Assembly: GCA_030141605.1 (NCBI GenBank)
Contig: JAQGDQ010000829.1
Location: 18,949 to 82,948, forward strand
From: Tubiluchus corallicola
Taxonomy: Eukaryota; Animalia; Priapulida
Length of the DNA: 64,000 nucleotides
Direction of reading: 5' to 3'
Under the pieces are notes generated by a model, which made no database searches, had not been told where the DNA came from, and worked only from the letters and a program-made list of their open reading frames with translations. How positions within the stretch are numbered: the stretch's first letter is position 1; each line of letters starts with the position of its first letter. Of the stretch, positions 1-12,929 are shown piece by piece. The translations under genes and the position numbers were made by a program.

Positions 1-426
1 GATTTTAATTTTCTTAGTGATTTAGTGCTCATTTTCACGTATGTCATTAAAATTTCCGGTAAAATACGTTTTAAAGCAAGCGAAAAATTTCTCGGGAGTT
101 TATTTTAATATGTGAAAAAAGTGTACACAATTGCGATAGGCACTTCGTGTAATTAGTAAAATCAATTTAGAAGTGTAATGAGTAAAATCAGTTTAAAGTC
201 GGGATCATTTCACGTTTGGGCGCGCTCATTTTGAACGAAAAATGGCGTCATCTGGTTACGGTGCGGTATGAGCACCTATCCCGTAAGTTGCTTGAACAAA
301 CTTTCTTGCAACTTCAGTTACTATTAACAATTACGGCAATAAGAGACATTTAATGAGAGATTATTAATACTACCTTTTGCTTTTTAATGAATTTCGTTTC
401 CAACTATGCAATGAAAATCAGTTACG

Positions 427-553
<127 letters not shown>

Positions 554-1321
554 ATGCCGACAAAGTAACAGAATAATTAGTTTAACAAGTTTTAAAAAAC
601 TAAAGTCTATAAGATAAGTAAACTGCCTGGCATCTCGCAGCCTCGCAGAATTCCATGCTTAAAGTGCTTATTATGTGTAGTTCTCACGTTTTTGAGGTAT
701 GATCATGGAGATATAATGCTATCTAAGAACATTAAAGTATTGTAAATTGATCCGACGACAATTTTTTACATAAGCACAGTTAAACACAAACACGTAGTCA
801 GCTAGAATCGGAAAATTTTTGAATGAACTGCAAATGCTTTGTTAGGCGTGTCTTCGTGCTGTCCACCAGCTTACGTCATTTTTTCAAATATGCCCGTAGC
901 AAGGTTTATCTGGCGGGAGATGCGAATGATTTAAATTCCTTTTGCATTTTAAACAAGGCTTTTCTTTCTTTATGTAGTAATTTCAATATTTTTAAGTGTA
1001 TATTAAAATACGAATAATGTTGTTCGAGAGTTGGTTTTTCATTTAAGTTTTTTCAAACTACAAGCCATTAAGTTAAATCCATCAGACGGGCACAACTTAC
1101 TAATAAGTTCAGTCTCACTGCACATGTAAGTCTTAGTCAAACGTCACAGTTTTCAGCTAAGTCAGTTAAAATCTAATCTTGTGTCATTTTTGTTCTTTTA
1201 AATAAATTCTTAAAAATGACGAAAATTAGTTACACGAAAAAGTCTATTCAAATCTCAAAATCACGTGAACCCTCACCATTGTCAACAAAAAATAGGCTAA
1301 AGCAAATATTGTAAATTCAAT

Positions 1322-4300
1322 TTAGTCACCTTTGCTCGTGTTGACATGATTGTTTGTCTTCTTCGTACTGTTGTTATGACTTCTGTTGGTAACATCATTC
1401 AAGTCTGCCAATGCATCGTTCTCTTCTTGCTGTTGTATTTCGTTTGTTATAAAGTGATCGTCTGCAACTTCTCTTGTTTTTAACTTCGTAGATTTCATTA
1501 CACCTGTACTCACATCACCTGTCTTACTCTTGCTTGTGACGTCACAGTTCTTTTTTGCCAGATTGCTGTCAGAATGTTCGTCTCTGAGATAAACGTTGCT
1601 GCAAGAAACGCTAAACTTCTGATTTTGGGTCTGTAAACAGGAAGCTGTCTCAACATGAAGTTTACTTTTGCTTTTAAGCTCACGATTTATAGGAATGTTG
1701 TTATGCGTTCTTCTCCGTTCGTCTCCAGCTGACAGGCATCTTCTAGAGCCAGACAAATTCTGCTGATCACGTAAAGTATCAAGTGCTCTTGCTTCTTCTG
1801 GCTCAAGATAACTTGTAGAGAATTTTCTGTTAAGCAATGGTTCTTCCAGTGTTACTTTGACATCAAAATTATCGCAGCTACCTGCCATTTCTTGTTCGGC
1901 GAAATTATTGCTTAAATCATGAGCACTAATGTCCAGCTGATCGCTTCTCACAAAATTACCATTCTTGTTACATTCGTCTTGTGTTATCTTACTAGGTTTA
2001 TTACAAGTTTTATTGTTCGCCACAGAATTGTTCTGATCAGTTTGTTCCTTTCCATTTGATGATTTTGTTCTTCTATTACTCGCGTTGTTGTACTTGGGTA
2101 TCGACTGTTCACTTCTGCTTAGCAATAAAAGACCATCATTCTGTTCACGGTTGCGAGCATTTGCACGCTTATCCATGTTTGTCACTTCTGTTCTTTCGTG
2201 TCTTTTCGTTTCTTTGCTGGTCGCATCATGTAACTCAGTTTGGAACTTATCTGATTGAGAATGTACCGGAAGAGTACATTTTTGAGCAGAACTTCTGCTC
2301 TGAGAAGATCTTCTGCTCTTAAATAACAAATTTAGCTCACCATCAGGTGATGTATTTGTTGTTGTTAGGCAAGAATGACCTTTTGAACAGGAACCTTTGG
2401 AGAAACATTGTTTTGCAACTTTACTATGGTGGGGATTATTGGCATCAAACTCAGGAAACTTCTCACTTGCTCTGGCGTCAAGTGGATAAGATAAGTGAAA
2501 AATATCTGCATTGCTGTGCCTTGAAACTTTTTTTGTAAGTTTGTCAACAGTTTCTTCATAATCAACGTTGTCATTTGATCTGTTTTCTACAGCTGAACGG
2601 CAACGTCTGCTGTTTGTTTTACAAGTTCTTCCTATTACGTAGTCACTTCTAGAATGCATCTTGCACTTGTTAGTTTCCTGCACTGTAAGAGAAGCATTGC
2701 TGACTCCTGTTAGCAAGTTTTCCTGATATTTTGTGGTGTCTTTGCTTTCTGCCACTTTGTCGTCACAAAAGATTTCATCATGAGCACTCAAGATACCAAA
2801 TTTCTGAATGGTTTCAGTATCGTTTCTCAAGTTCACATCCCCAACTTTGCAATCCCGACTTCCCTCATTAATTGGTCCTTCGTCTCCTGAATACTTTGTG
2901 TTAAGGTTTTCTATGCTCAGATTTGTGTTTTTTTGCATCACAGCTTCGTCTTCAGAAAGTACTCCTTGATTTTTGTTGCAATAATTTTCACTGTTCATAC
3001 TTTCTGATGTAAGACTATGGAAGTCCGAGGTATCACTAATGCAGCTGTTTGTAAAACTCGTTTCATAGGCGTTTGTCTCGTTATTATTATTGCGCATAGC
3101 TTTCGCATGTTCTTTGGTAACTGTGTCGAAATTTCCCGAAAAAACTGGACCAAAATAATTTTGATCAGACACGACATGCTCTTCCATGTTGGGTGCGGCA
3201 CAAGTTGAACTGATTTGTGTCTTCAGTATAGAACGCAAACTTGTGTGAAGATTTACTTTCATTGCAAATAAGCTGGTATCTGATTGTGTACGTTTGATAA
3301 GAATATTCTTGGAATTGGTCTTTGGCGACGGCGACATTAGCAGATTTTCTTTCCATTTTATGGACTTCTTCGAAGGTTCTTGCGAAAGTAAGCTACTGTT
3401 ATTGTTGGCTTCGATTTCAACAAGTGGGGAAAGAGCAAAACAGGTCTTTGACTTTTTTAGTTGTTTTACTTTGGCTGCGTGTGACTTTTCCTTTGCCTTT
3501 AATTTTCGCTGCGCTACCGGCGAATTTTTGGAATTGAGCAGTTGGACCTGAGAGGAAGCACTTTGTTTAAGGTTTGCAACTCTATTTGCTCCAGAACAGG
3601 GCATTGTCTTTGGTCTGCTTGTGTGTTTTTCAAATTTGTGCTTGCGTGACGCTCCACCAGTAGAGGAGTTGCATCTTTTCGACTTGCCTTTTGCCGGAAC
3701 TACGACATCCGTAGCTGTAGAAGTTACTTCAGCATCATTAATGCCAATTTCGTTCCTTCCACTTGATGATTTCTGGTAATTCGCCTGGTTTGTGTTGCTC
3801 CGAATATCACTAATTTTTGATGATTCGATGCGCAGTTTAGGCACAAAGCTCATTTCACAACTTGAAGTCGCGTTAGATTGCTTTGAATGTGACGTGAGTC
3901 GTGAGAGGCTTGGCAATTTTTGTTCTTGAATGTCATGGATGTCGGCCGAAACATTTGTTTGTTGTAGCATCAGTTCTGGGCTCTTTCTGCGGGCTGCTTC
4001 GCTGTGGTGGTTTTCGTAAACACGAAAGGAAGAACTTGGTTTATCTCTAACAGAATTTGGCGACCCTGAAACAACCTCTAGTGCACTTTTTGATGCCACT
4101 GCATGGCAGTCAGATTTTTCAAAAGAAGGTGTGCTTAGGAAAAACATTGGTTTCGAATCAACCGCTGACACTGGTTCGTTAATTTGATTAGTTTGTAGGA
4201 TGTCTTTCGATGTGGTATTTTCAAGTGTTGAGAGATGTAAGAGATTTTCTGATGATTTAATGCTGTTCAGAGAGTCATTTGAATTGCAGAGTCTTTTCAA

Positions 4301-4969
4301 TTCTGAACATGCCGAATTAGTGCTCCAAGTTACACAACTGTTCGTTAGTGTATTTGGTGTATTATATCGTCTAGGTGTCTGCTCAACGGGTTCCAAAGAA
4401 ACTGAATGACCTCGCGTTTCTTCAGTATACGTTAGAATTGGTATCGGTATCGTTTCAGTAGTCGGTTCGTATTCTTTTTCTATTGGTATTATTTGCTCAT
4501 AAGCCAACGTAATCTGAGGAGGGGTAAATTTTGTCATTGTCTTGGGGGGAGGGGGGCAATATGCATTTGACTTTGTGTAAAATTTGACTGGCGATACAAC
4601 AATAGCATCCTCTAGTCCAAAATGAGTAGGAATCTGGTTTCTGATACTGCGAAGACGTGACAATTGTAGACGTTGTCTTCCATTGGGGGCTGCTGCTGCT
4701 GGCCTCCGTGGCTTAATGTTACGTCCCGACGATTTTAGTCGAGCGAGTGACTTGCTCGGTAGAAATTTTGCTTCGGCGCGTTCATTCGGAGAGAGAATTT
4801 CGCTCAATTGTTTCTGGGTTCGGAAAATGTTACCAGGTAATGAGTAGTTCAGTTGCACTAGTTCGCCGTTCGGTTTCTTCCTCCGTCTTTGTTCTTTTTC
4901 GTGTTTGAACTTGTAAGACGATTGTGGCTTGTAGTAGCTGCTGCTTTCATTCCAAGTCGATTTATACAT
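1322..4969 (-). CDS. Large uninterrupted ORF (~1215 aa from first ATG), Ser/Asn/Lys/Thr-rich, probably intrinsically disordered; unknown function; may be a single-exon gene or a giant terminal exon
   Basis: A 3.6 kb open frame in AT-rich non-repetitive DNA is unlikely by chance. The first ATG at 4969 is in an aaaaATG context; the ORF track start at 4999 is a TTG. No RT, transposase or other recognisable domain. Confidence 0.75.
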   Translation of the reverse strand: MYKSTWNESSSYYKPQSSYKFKHEKEQRRRKKPNGELVQLNYSLPGNIFRTQKQLSEILSPNERAEAKFLPSKSLARLKSSGRNIKPRRPAAAAPNGRQRLQLSRLRSIRNQIPTHFGLEDAIVVSPVKFYTKSNAYCPPPPKTMTKFTPPQITLAYEQIIPIEKEYEPTTETIPIPILTYTEETRGHSVSLEPVEQTPRRYNTPNTLTNSCVTWSTNSACSELKRLCNSNDSLNSIKSSENLLHLSTLENTTSKDILQTNQINEPVSAVDSKPMFFLSTPSFEKSDCHAVASKSALEVVSGSPNSVRDKPSSSFRVYENHHSEAARRKSPELMLQQTNVSADIHDIQEQKLPSLSRLTSHSKQSNATSSCEMSFVPKLRIESSKISDIRSNTNQANYQKSSSGRNEIGINDAEVTSTATDVVVPAKGKSKRCNSSTGGASRKHKFEKHTSRPKTMPCSGANRVANLKQSASSQVQLLNSKNSPVAQRKLKAKEKSHAAKVKQLKKSKTCFALSPLVEIEANNNSSLLSQEPSKKSIKWKENLLMSPSPKTNSKNILIKRTQSDTSLFAMKVNLHTSLRSILKTQISSTCAAPNMEEHVVSDQNYFGPVFSGNFDTVTKEHAKAMRNNNNETNAYETSFTNSCISDTSDFHSLTSESMNSENYCNKNQGVLSEDEAVMQKNTNLSIENLNTKYSGDEGPINEGSRDCKVGDVNLRNDTETIQKFGILSAHDEIFCDDKVAESKDTTKYQENLLTGVSNASLTVQETNKCKMHSRSDYVIGRTCKTNSRRCRSAVENRSNDNVDYEETVDKLTKKVSRHSNADIFHLSYPLDARASEKFPEFDANNPHHSKVAKQCFSKGSCSKGHSCLTTTNTSPDGELNLLFKSRRSSQSRSSAQKCTLPVHSQSDKFQTELHDATSKETKRHERTEVTNMDKRANARNREQNDGLLLLSRSEQSIPKYNNASNRRTKSSNGKEQTDQNNSVANNKTCNKPSKITQDECNKNGNFVRSDQLDISAHDLSNNFAEQEMAGSCDNFDVKVTLEEPLLNRKFSTSYLEPEEARALDTLRDQQNLSGSRRCLSAGDERRRTHNNIPINRELKSKSKLHVETASCLQTQNQKFSVSCSNVYLRDEHSDSNLAKKNCDVTSKSKTGDVSTGVMKSTKLKTREVADDHFITNEIQQQEENDALADLNDVTNRSHNNSTKKTNNHVNTSKGD

Positions 4970-5084
4970 TTTTGTTCTTGATGTAAAACAAAGATCCAAT
5001 CAAGCAATTGCCACGTTTGTCACTACATTAATTAATAACAATTCTGAGCTCATCACAATCATACTCATAGAGAATGTAGGAACG

Positions 5085-6195
5085 TTTGGTACAAGTAAGT
5101 TTGGTACCAGAAAAGTGAATTTTTAAAATATGAAAATTTTGGTACTGGTTAATTGGGGTAGTATGATCTTTAGGTACAAGGAATTTTTGATACTAGGAAA
5201 ATGTTTTAATAGCGAATGGTTAGCAGAAGGAAAATATGTGTAGAAGGAATATGGTGCTACGGATGTTTAGTACTAAGAAATTGCGGGCAAAGAACATCTG
5301 CTACTAAGAAAATATGGTGCTACGGATGTTTAGTACTAAGAAAGGGCGGTACAAGGAAGTTCTGTTACTAAGAGAATATGGTGCTACGGATGTTTAGTGC
5401 TAAGAAAGTGCGGTACAAGGAAGTTCTGCTACTAAGAAAATATAGTGCTACGGATATTTAGTACTAAGAAAGGGCGGTACAAAGAAGATCTGCTACCAAG
5501 AGAATATGGTGCTACGGATGTTTAGTACTAAGAAAGTGCGGTACAAGGAAGTTCTGCTACTAAGAAAATATGGTGCTACGGATGTTTAGTACTAAGAAAT
5601 TTCGGGCAAGGAAGTTCTGCTACTAAGAAAATATGGTACCACGGATGTTTAGTACTAAGAAAGTGCGGTACAAGGAAGTTCAGCTACTAAGAGAATATGG
5701 TACTACGGATATTTAGTACTAAGAAAGTGCGGTACAAGGAAGTTCAGCTACTAAGAGAATATGGTACTACGGATATTTAGTACTAAGAAAGGGCGGTACA
5801 AGGAAGTTCAGCTACTAAGAGAATATGGTGCTACGGATGTTTAGTACTAAGAAAGTGCGGTACAAGGAAGTTCAGCTACTAAGAGAATATGGTACTACGG
5901 ATATTTAGTACTAAGAAAGTGCGGTACAAGGAAGTTCAGCTACTAAGAGAATATGGTACTACGGATATTTAGTACTAAGAAAGTGCGGTACAAGGAAGTT
6001 CTGCTACTAAGAGAATATGGTACAACGGATGTTTAGTACTAAGAAAGTGCAGGCAAGGAAGTTTTGCTACTAAGAAAATATGGTACCTGAATAATTGCGT
6101 GCTAGGAAAGTTCGGTACTGGAAAATTTGGTACTAAAAAGAAAATTCCAAAAGTACCAGGACCAAATTTATTAGTACCAAACTTACTGCGCACCC
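5085..6195. repeat. 60-bp satellite (~5240-6090) built of ~15-bp subunits, inside a putative inverted-repeat element
   Basis: Unit about tactaagaaagtgcggtacaaggaagttctgctactaagagaatatggtgctacggatgtttag. agtaagtttggtac near 5095 is inverted as gtaccaaacttact near 6174-6187. Confidence 0.85.
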
Positions 6196-8543
6196 TCTTT
6201 GAAGCAGAAGTCTCGTCACATGATCACACACACTGTTCTAAACTAGTATGGAGGGTCACATCCTGCCAACGAGTAAGTGAGTCTTGTTTACACTTCCACC
6301 TACGTATATCAGCAGCAGTAAGTTAAATAATTAAAACGTATAGGCGGCTTAGGGATAATTAATTATGCATCAAATCACATCAGCCTTAACGACGTCTATA
6401 AATTCTCGGAGAGTTCTCTCAACTGCAGACGAAATGTATTACTAAACGAACTGAGAAATGGCGTCTTAAATCTTGTGTATTGTACCAAAAATGGAAATTT
6501 AGTATCAGCCCTACCTTACTTTGTAAAGGACTCTCTTATTTTCATACCTTGTTACTGAATTTCAGAAAAATAGGGATTAAATATGTTTGGCTTTTGAGGT
6601 GACTGCTTATAACGCATTGTGGTCTTGAATATTGTATTAGGATCTTACAATTTAGTATATTAACTTAACAGCATTTTTTTGTCACTAGACAGGAAGCTTG
6701 TTTTATTAATAACCTTGATTTTAGCACTCACTTTAATACTCCTTGTTTAATATCATTGTAAATATTATTATGCGCCCCTCTAAACAGCTAATTACAGAAT
6801 GGTAACATTTAATATTATAGGATTCACTGTATCTATGTAAAATTGCAAAATGTGTGGCAGAAATTTTTGCCTGCGAAAAGAGGCTCATAAAGACTTATCA
6901 TCATCATAGTCTCAAGTGCGTAACATACATAAGCTTATGTTATTATTTTTGTTGGTATTCGTATAGCTAGTTAGGTAGTTTATTTATTGACATTAATACA
7001 GGGAAAATACTCTACAAAATTAACAATCTTACAAAAATATCTATCTTATATACTATATATCTTATATACTATCTAAATGTCTATCTTATATATATTATAC
7101 TAGAGTTAGAGTTAGTGCGCATAATAAACCAAATTTTATGATTTAAATAAGTTCAAAACTTTGTATGAAAGCAACGAAAAGTAATTTGTTGAATGCATTA
7201 AATCAAACATATTATTAAAGGATTGGTTTTCAAAACGCTCTGTAAGCTGACAATCTAACAAAACATGTTCGTCACCTTGTATACTTCTGCCACATATTCA
7301 AAGCCTTTGATCATAAGGGATTCTACTCCATCTACGAGTTTCCACTTTTAAACGATGCGATGACAATCTCATACGTGAAGCTGCTATTCTACAATGTTCT
7401 AACAAGCAAAGAATTCTAGTATGCAAAGCATCGACAGACAATTGTGGATTAATATCCTGAGACAGTATTGCTTACATGTTTGATCTGACGCTTTTATTTT
7501 ATCCTTTATACTATTCATTCCAGCTTTTATAAATTCCGTCACATGTAGCCTGTTACATACAGTAGTTACATACTACACACTCTGTGGACCGAAATCTTGT
7601 AAATATTGTTCCCCGCGCACGCTCAGTCAAGGTTGACTTTGCGCATGCGCAAAGTCACTTGCTATAAAAGCGGTGAGCACGTAGGTTACTACGTCTCTGT
7701 CGTGCTCTCACGTCCACCATGTGTGCTGCTCTTTTCAGTGCTTAACAGGATTGTTGTTTGGGGTAGGTACGGCGTAGTTTGAACCTGATTATTTATCTTT
7801 TGTATTTCTTTCTCTGCACTCTGTCCTAGTAGAATGCAAAGCGCGCCAACGGAAGCTGACTGCTCAGCCGTCTTCGCGGCCCTCGACCCCCTGGCAGCCC
7901 CCAGGGGAGGGCTCCGCAACAATATTATCTATTATAAAAAGAGCTAGATGATCATTTTTATTCAAGATAGTTGTTATCGACTGCTGATTTATTGCTGGTG
8001 ACTGGTGATTGTTTTTGCCTGCAGGTGTCAGCACCGTATAGTCTGCGTTTGTGATTGGTTTGGTCTGTCGTCTTGTTGGTGGCGCCACCAGTTAGTTGCT
8101 TTGCTTTTGCTACGACGTCAGACACGGGTCTCTTGGATTTTGCAGATATTCGTTTTGTGCTTAAAACTTGATCTGATTTCTTCACTTGTTTCGTCTCAGC
8201 ATTCGGTACTTTGGCGTTTATTTACTTCCCCTTGTCGGTAAAACACGTATATCTCCCGAGGTTAAATAAATTTTTTGCGATACAGAAAATCGGCCCCCAC
8301 ATTTCGTTTTAGAATATTGTTACGAAAGCGAGATGCCCTTTATTTTCGACCCTCCCCCTCTACATTGTGATGGTTTCATCCATTACGAAGCCATTGCATA
8401 TCAGCGTTGCATAGCAGCTATAAGTAGCTGGTATGGAATGGCCTCGTCGGTTCAGTGGGCTGACGGGCAGGTGCGTCTTCCATCTCAGCACCTGTTCCGC
8501 ATTGGCAACCGGCATGGAGCACGATGGGGTAGACGTCTGACGT

Positions 8544-9916
8544 GTTACTTAATTCAGTAATTTTACTCTTATTACTACTTGATTCAGTAATTTTACTCTT
8601 ATTACTACTTAATTCAGTAATTTTACTCTTATTACTTTGATTCAGTAATTTTACTCTTACTACTTAATTCAGTAATTTTACTCTTACTACTTAACTCAGT
8701 AATTTTACTCTTACTACTTAACTCAGTAATTTTACTCTTACTACTTAATTCAGTAATTTTACTCTTACTACTTAATTCAGTAATTTTACTCTTACTACTT
8801 AATTCAGTAATTTTACTCTTACTACTTAATTCAGTAATTTTACTCTTACTACTTAATTCAGTAATTTTACTCTTACTACTTAATTCAGTAATTTTACTCT
8901 TACTACTTAATTCAGTAATTTTACTCTTACTACTTAACTCAGTAATTTTACTCTTACTACTTAACTCAGTAATTTTACTCTTACTACTTAACTCAGTAAT
9001 TTTACTCTTACTACTTAACTCAGTAATTTTACTCTTACTACTTAACTCAGTAATTTTACTCTTACTACTTAACTCAGTAATTTTACTCTTACTACTTAAC
9101 TCAGTAATTTTACTCTTACTACTTAACTCAGTAATTTTACTCTTACTACTTAACTCAGTAATTTTACTCTTACTACTTAACTCAGTAATTTTACTCTTAC
9201 TACTTAACTCAGTAATTTTACTCTTACTACTTAACTCAGTAATTTTACTCTACTCTTACTACTTAACTCAGTAATTTTACTCTACTCTTACTACTTAACT
9301 CAGTAATTTTACTCTTATTACTACTTAATTCAGTAATTTTACTCTTATTACTACTTGATTCAGTAATTTTACTCTTATTACTACTTAACTCAGTAATTTT
9401 ACTCTTATTACTACTTAACTCAGTAATTTTACTCTTACTACTTAATTCAGTAATTTTACTCTTACTACTTAACTCAGTAATTTTACTCTTACTACTTAAT
9501 TCAGTAATTTTACTCTTACTACTTAATTCAGTAATTTTACTCTTACTACTTAACTCAGTAATTTTACTCTTACTACTTAACTCAGTAATTTTACTCTTAC
9601 TACTTAACTCAGTAATTTTACTCTTACTACTTAATTCAGTAATTTTACTCTTACTACTTAACTCAGTAATTTTACTCTTACTACTTAATTCAGTAATTTT
9701 ACTCTTACTACTTAATTCAGTAATTTTACTCTTACTACTTAACTCAGTAATTTTACTCTTACTACTTAACTCAGTAATTTTACTCTTACTACTTAACTCA
9801 GTAATTTTACTCTACTCTTACTACTTAACTCAGTAATTTTACTCTACTCTTACTACTTAACTCAGTAATTTTACTCTACTCTTACTACTTAACTCAGTAA
9901 TTTTACTCTTACTACT
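8544..9916. repeat. 27-bp minisatellite (cttactacttaa[t/c]tcagtaattttact) with 30- and 32-bp variants
   Basis: Head-to-tail units, no unique spacers. Confidence 0.97.
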
Positions 9917-11139
9917 GTTGTTTTACGTTTTCTTCTCAACTATGCGACAATCGGCGTTTTAGCACCATCCGCTCATCGTTACAGCATCATAAAGAAACAT
10001 TTATCTAACTGATTAGTTTGCTTCTAAATACAGTCTTGTACTTTCGAATGTTATGACTTTGCCCATAGAATAGGTCTGTATAAATAATACGTTATGTAAT
10101 GTTAGTACTGGTCTGCTAATTAGGTAATTAATCAACTAATCAATTCCCGCGACGAGAGCTGTGAAGTAGATCTTTATCGCTTTAGTTTTCTAGCACGGTC
10201 CGCAATAAACCGTTTTAGTGTGATGATGTCTTATACTAGGTTCGTAAGACAGATAGTACATTTATAAAAAAAATCAGTTTTCCAAACTGTTTCGTTATTG
10301 TTATAAGGCATGTAAGAGCAAACACGTATGCATGTATTTCGTGTGTAGATATCTAGAAGATTTGCAGTTCTTCTGTGCGTAACATGATGTCGAATTACTG
10401 CTTCTTTTGACCATGGTGGTGACGATAACGATGATGATGACGACGACGGTGATGACGGCTTGTTGTGTAGTACTTTGTACTTGTTCGTTATGTGGCAGTT
10501 ATATAGGAACTGGACTCAGTAACTGCCTGTGGTGTGTTATGCAATGCTTGCTTTACATGAATATGAACGGATACACATTTCCGAGGAGAATGAGAATTTT
10601 TTAATATAGGGCGCCTAAAATGTGGCGCCCTAGGCTATATCCTATTTAGTCTATTGGTTAATACGCCCCTGACTACAGAAAAAACACTTAGTCTGTTATA
10701 TTTCCAAATATTAATCTATTTTTAGAATGTCGGTACAAGTACGAAACCTGCATCATGCAAGACAGTAAGAAAATATCTTCGGTTCTGTGAGAACTTAATA
10801 AATAATGCATCATTAAATCATTTTATAAAATCCATTCTATCTATCTCTAATTAACTTTATGCGGATTAACTGAGTTAGGAAAGAGAATGTGCAATATTTA
10901 TAATGTACGCACAACAAAATAAAAGAGTTGCCTTTGACAACATGTAATCATCTCAATATGTAATTGGGCAATAAGTAATGTATTGGAGGCAACAGTGTAA
11001 TCATTTCAGTGTGCTTATGGTCAATTAGACTCACTATTGTAATAAATGTGAACTGTGCTACACGTACAAAGCCAGCGTCACCACACCTACTAAAAACCGA
11101 AATTGCACAAGGATTTTCTACATTTTCTAAATTGTCAAC

Positions 11140-11194
11140 ATGTCATCAAAGACTGTCCTGAGTTTAGCAACATTTGCCATACTATGCGGTGCTG
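11140..11194 (+). pseudogene. Orphan signal-peptide exon 1 of the Ly6 family (MSSKTVLSLATFAILCGA, phase-1 donor): gene relic or alternative first exon
   Basis: 55-nt exon with the same length and similar sequence to exon 1 at 19673, 27184 and 36919. Preceded by ctaaattgtca as in genes A and B; donor G|gtaggt. No Cys-rich exon 2 or 3 found before 19673. Confidence 0.7.
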
Positions 11195-11281
11195 GTAGGT
11201 ATCTTTTGTATGTCGGATTTGAATCAATTTGAATTATTTATTTTGGAATCTAGACCACATAAAATGCCAATTCTACATATA

Positions 11282-11879
11282 GGGGAGACCCGGGTAAAGT
11301 GGATCACTTAAGGGTTTTCGCTCATAGAGTTCAAGACGTTTGATCTGTAACAATCAATTACATGCCCTATTCTTCCATAGGAAACTCTGCTATATTCATG
11401 TGGTAAAAACTTATAATTACTATTACTCGTTTAGCAGATAATTCCGAAATACGAAACCAAAATTTCTAGGGCAAAGTGGATCTTTTACGGGGAAAGTGGA
11501 TCATACCGGAGCTGTTGAGCTCAACATAACTAACAATATCTTTTAAATGGATTTTGTCTATTTTGCAAAAGTAAATTGATATGAAGCAGCAATGAACCAT
11601 CCATCATATGTAAAAACGGTAGCGAATAAATCTGCGCTAACTGGAATTTATCATCATGATCTATAAAGGTGTAAAATCGCAAGAAAGTGGGTGAAAAACT
11701 TACTTTTGTGTACCGCGCTTAGACAAACTTTGCAAAGGTCGAGATGAGTACTTTATGCAGAGTACACAGTAGATGATGACGTAGCATCACACAGTGCGTA
11801 GACTGCGACACCTTACGGAAAAAAGAGCAAACACATTTGATCCGCTTTGCCCAGTGATCCACTTTACCCGGGTTTCCCC
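11282..11879. mobile_element. Non-autonomous TIR element (MITE), TA target duplication, Tc1/mariner-superfamily-like
   Basis: TA-GGGGAGACCCGGGTAAAGTGGATCAC ... GTGATCCACTTTACCCGGGTTTCCCC-TA (26-bp TIR, one mismatch); internal aaagtggatc subrepeats. Confidence 0.88.
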
Positions 11880-12929
11880 TACCCTTTATAATCCAGTTTA
11901 GAGAGCTCAAGTATTATGGAACACGAACCCGCTCTGAACAGTCTGCAAATTTCTATCCTTTGACTCTCTTCGCAAAATTCCCCATTCATATTTTGCTCCG
12001 CCTAAGAGCTCCGTTCACATGTATCTTACTTTATACAGCATACACCCGGTACCGAATTCTGCATAATGTATATAAAAGTATCTCATTCAGTTCATTTCTA
12101 GCAAAACATTCAATAATTAGTTCATGCTGGCAGGCCCAGTAAATTTCGTGAACTAGTTTTTATTTTACGTTATAATTTGAAACTATTTCTTTACTTTCAC
12201 AAAAAGCTCTGTTTTCACCTAATCTGGTTAGACTTGAACGACCATTTAGAATGTTCAAGGCCAACAGAATTTTGCTTTTAGTTTGACTGACGCTATACCT
12301 GTCGTTTACAAAAAATTTAATAAGGGTTTGTCAGTACCGGTAACCGAGTGGTTAAGTTAAAGGACTGTGGGTACTGCTCTGCTTGTAATCCGAAGTTCGA
12401 ATCTCACGACCACCTGTATTGGCGCAAACAGTTGTTATCTGTGTTATTTATTTGTGGCGTTTCAGTGATGTTGTGTTCGTTAAAGGACAAGAAAAGGGGC
12501 ACCTGAAGTAGGTTTCAGAAAAATCGCCTTAAAAATTAAATTATTTTATAGCAATTTTATGCGTATATCGTACTCGCACTGAAAGGAATTTTAGTTTGTT
12601 TTCATTTTAAATCTCCCGCAATACTGCTCCGACAGCGCCATTACATGACGTCATATACGCACAACGTAAATCAAGGGAAGAAAAGAAAATGTTAAACTAC
12701 GTTCAAAAAACTTTCTATGTAAATCTATATTACTTAGCATTTTGCTTACTTGCTTGAAAGACGTATGTAGCTAGAAAAGAAAATTATTAATTATTTAAAA
12801 TGTTTTCACCCACTTGGTAAAATGTCGTTGACTCACCTCCAGGGTGCAGCACTCACTAACCAAAAACGTATTTTTAATTTTATTGACAAGATTTTGTGCA
12901 GTTACTAGGGGTGCACCATCAACATATGC

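Noticed and set aside
242-265. Possible + strand micro-exon ATGGCGTCATCTGGTTACGGTGCG|gtatga
   Set aside because: Only 8 codons and no downstream exon identified; equally explained as a YY1-like AAAATGGCG motif
8544-9916. CRISPR-like arrays (also 42826-44043, 60489-61287)
   Set aside because: Head-to-tail repeats without unique spacers, no cas genes, eukaryotic context
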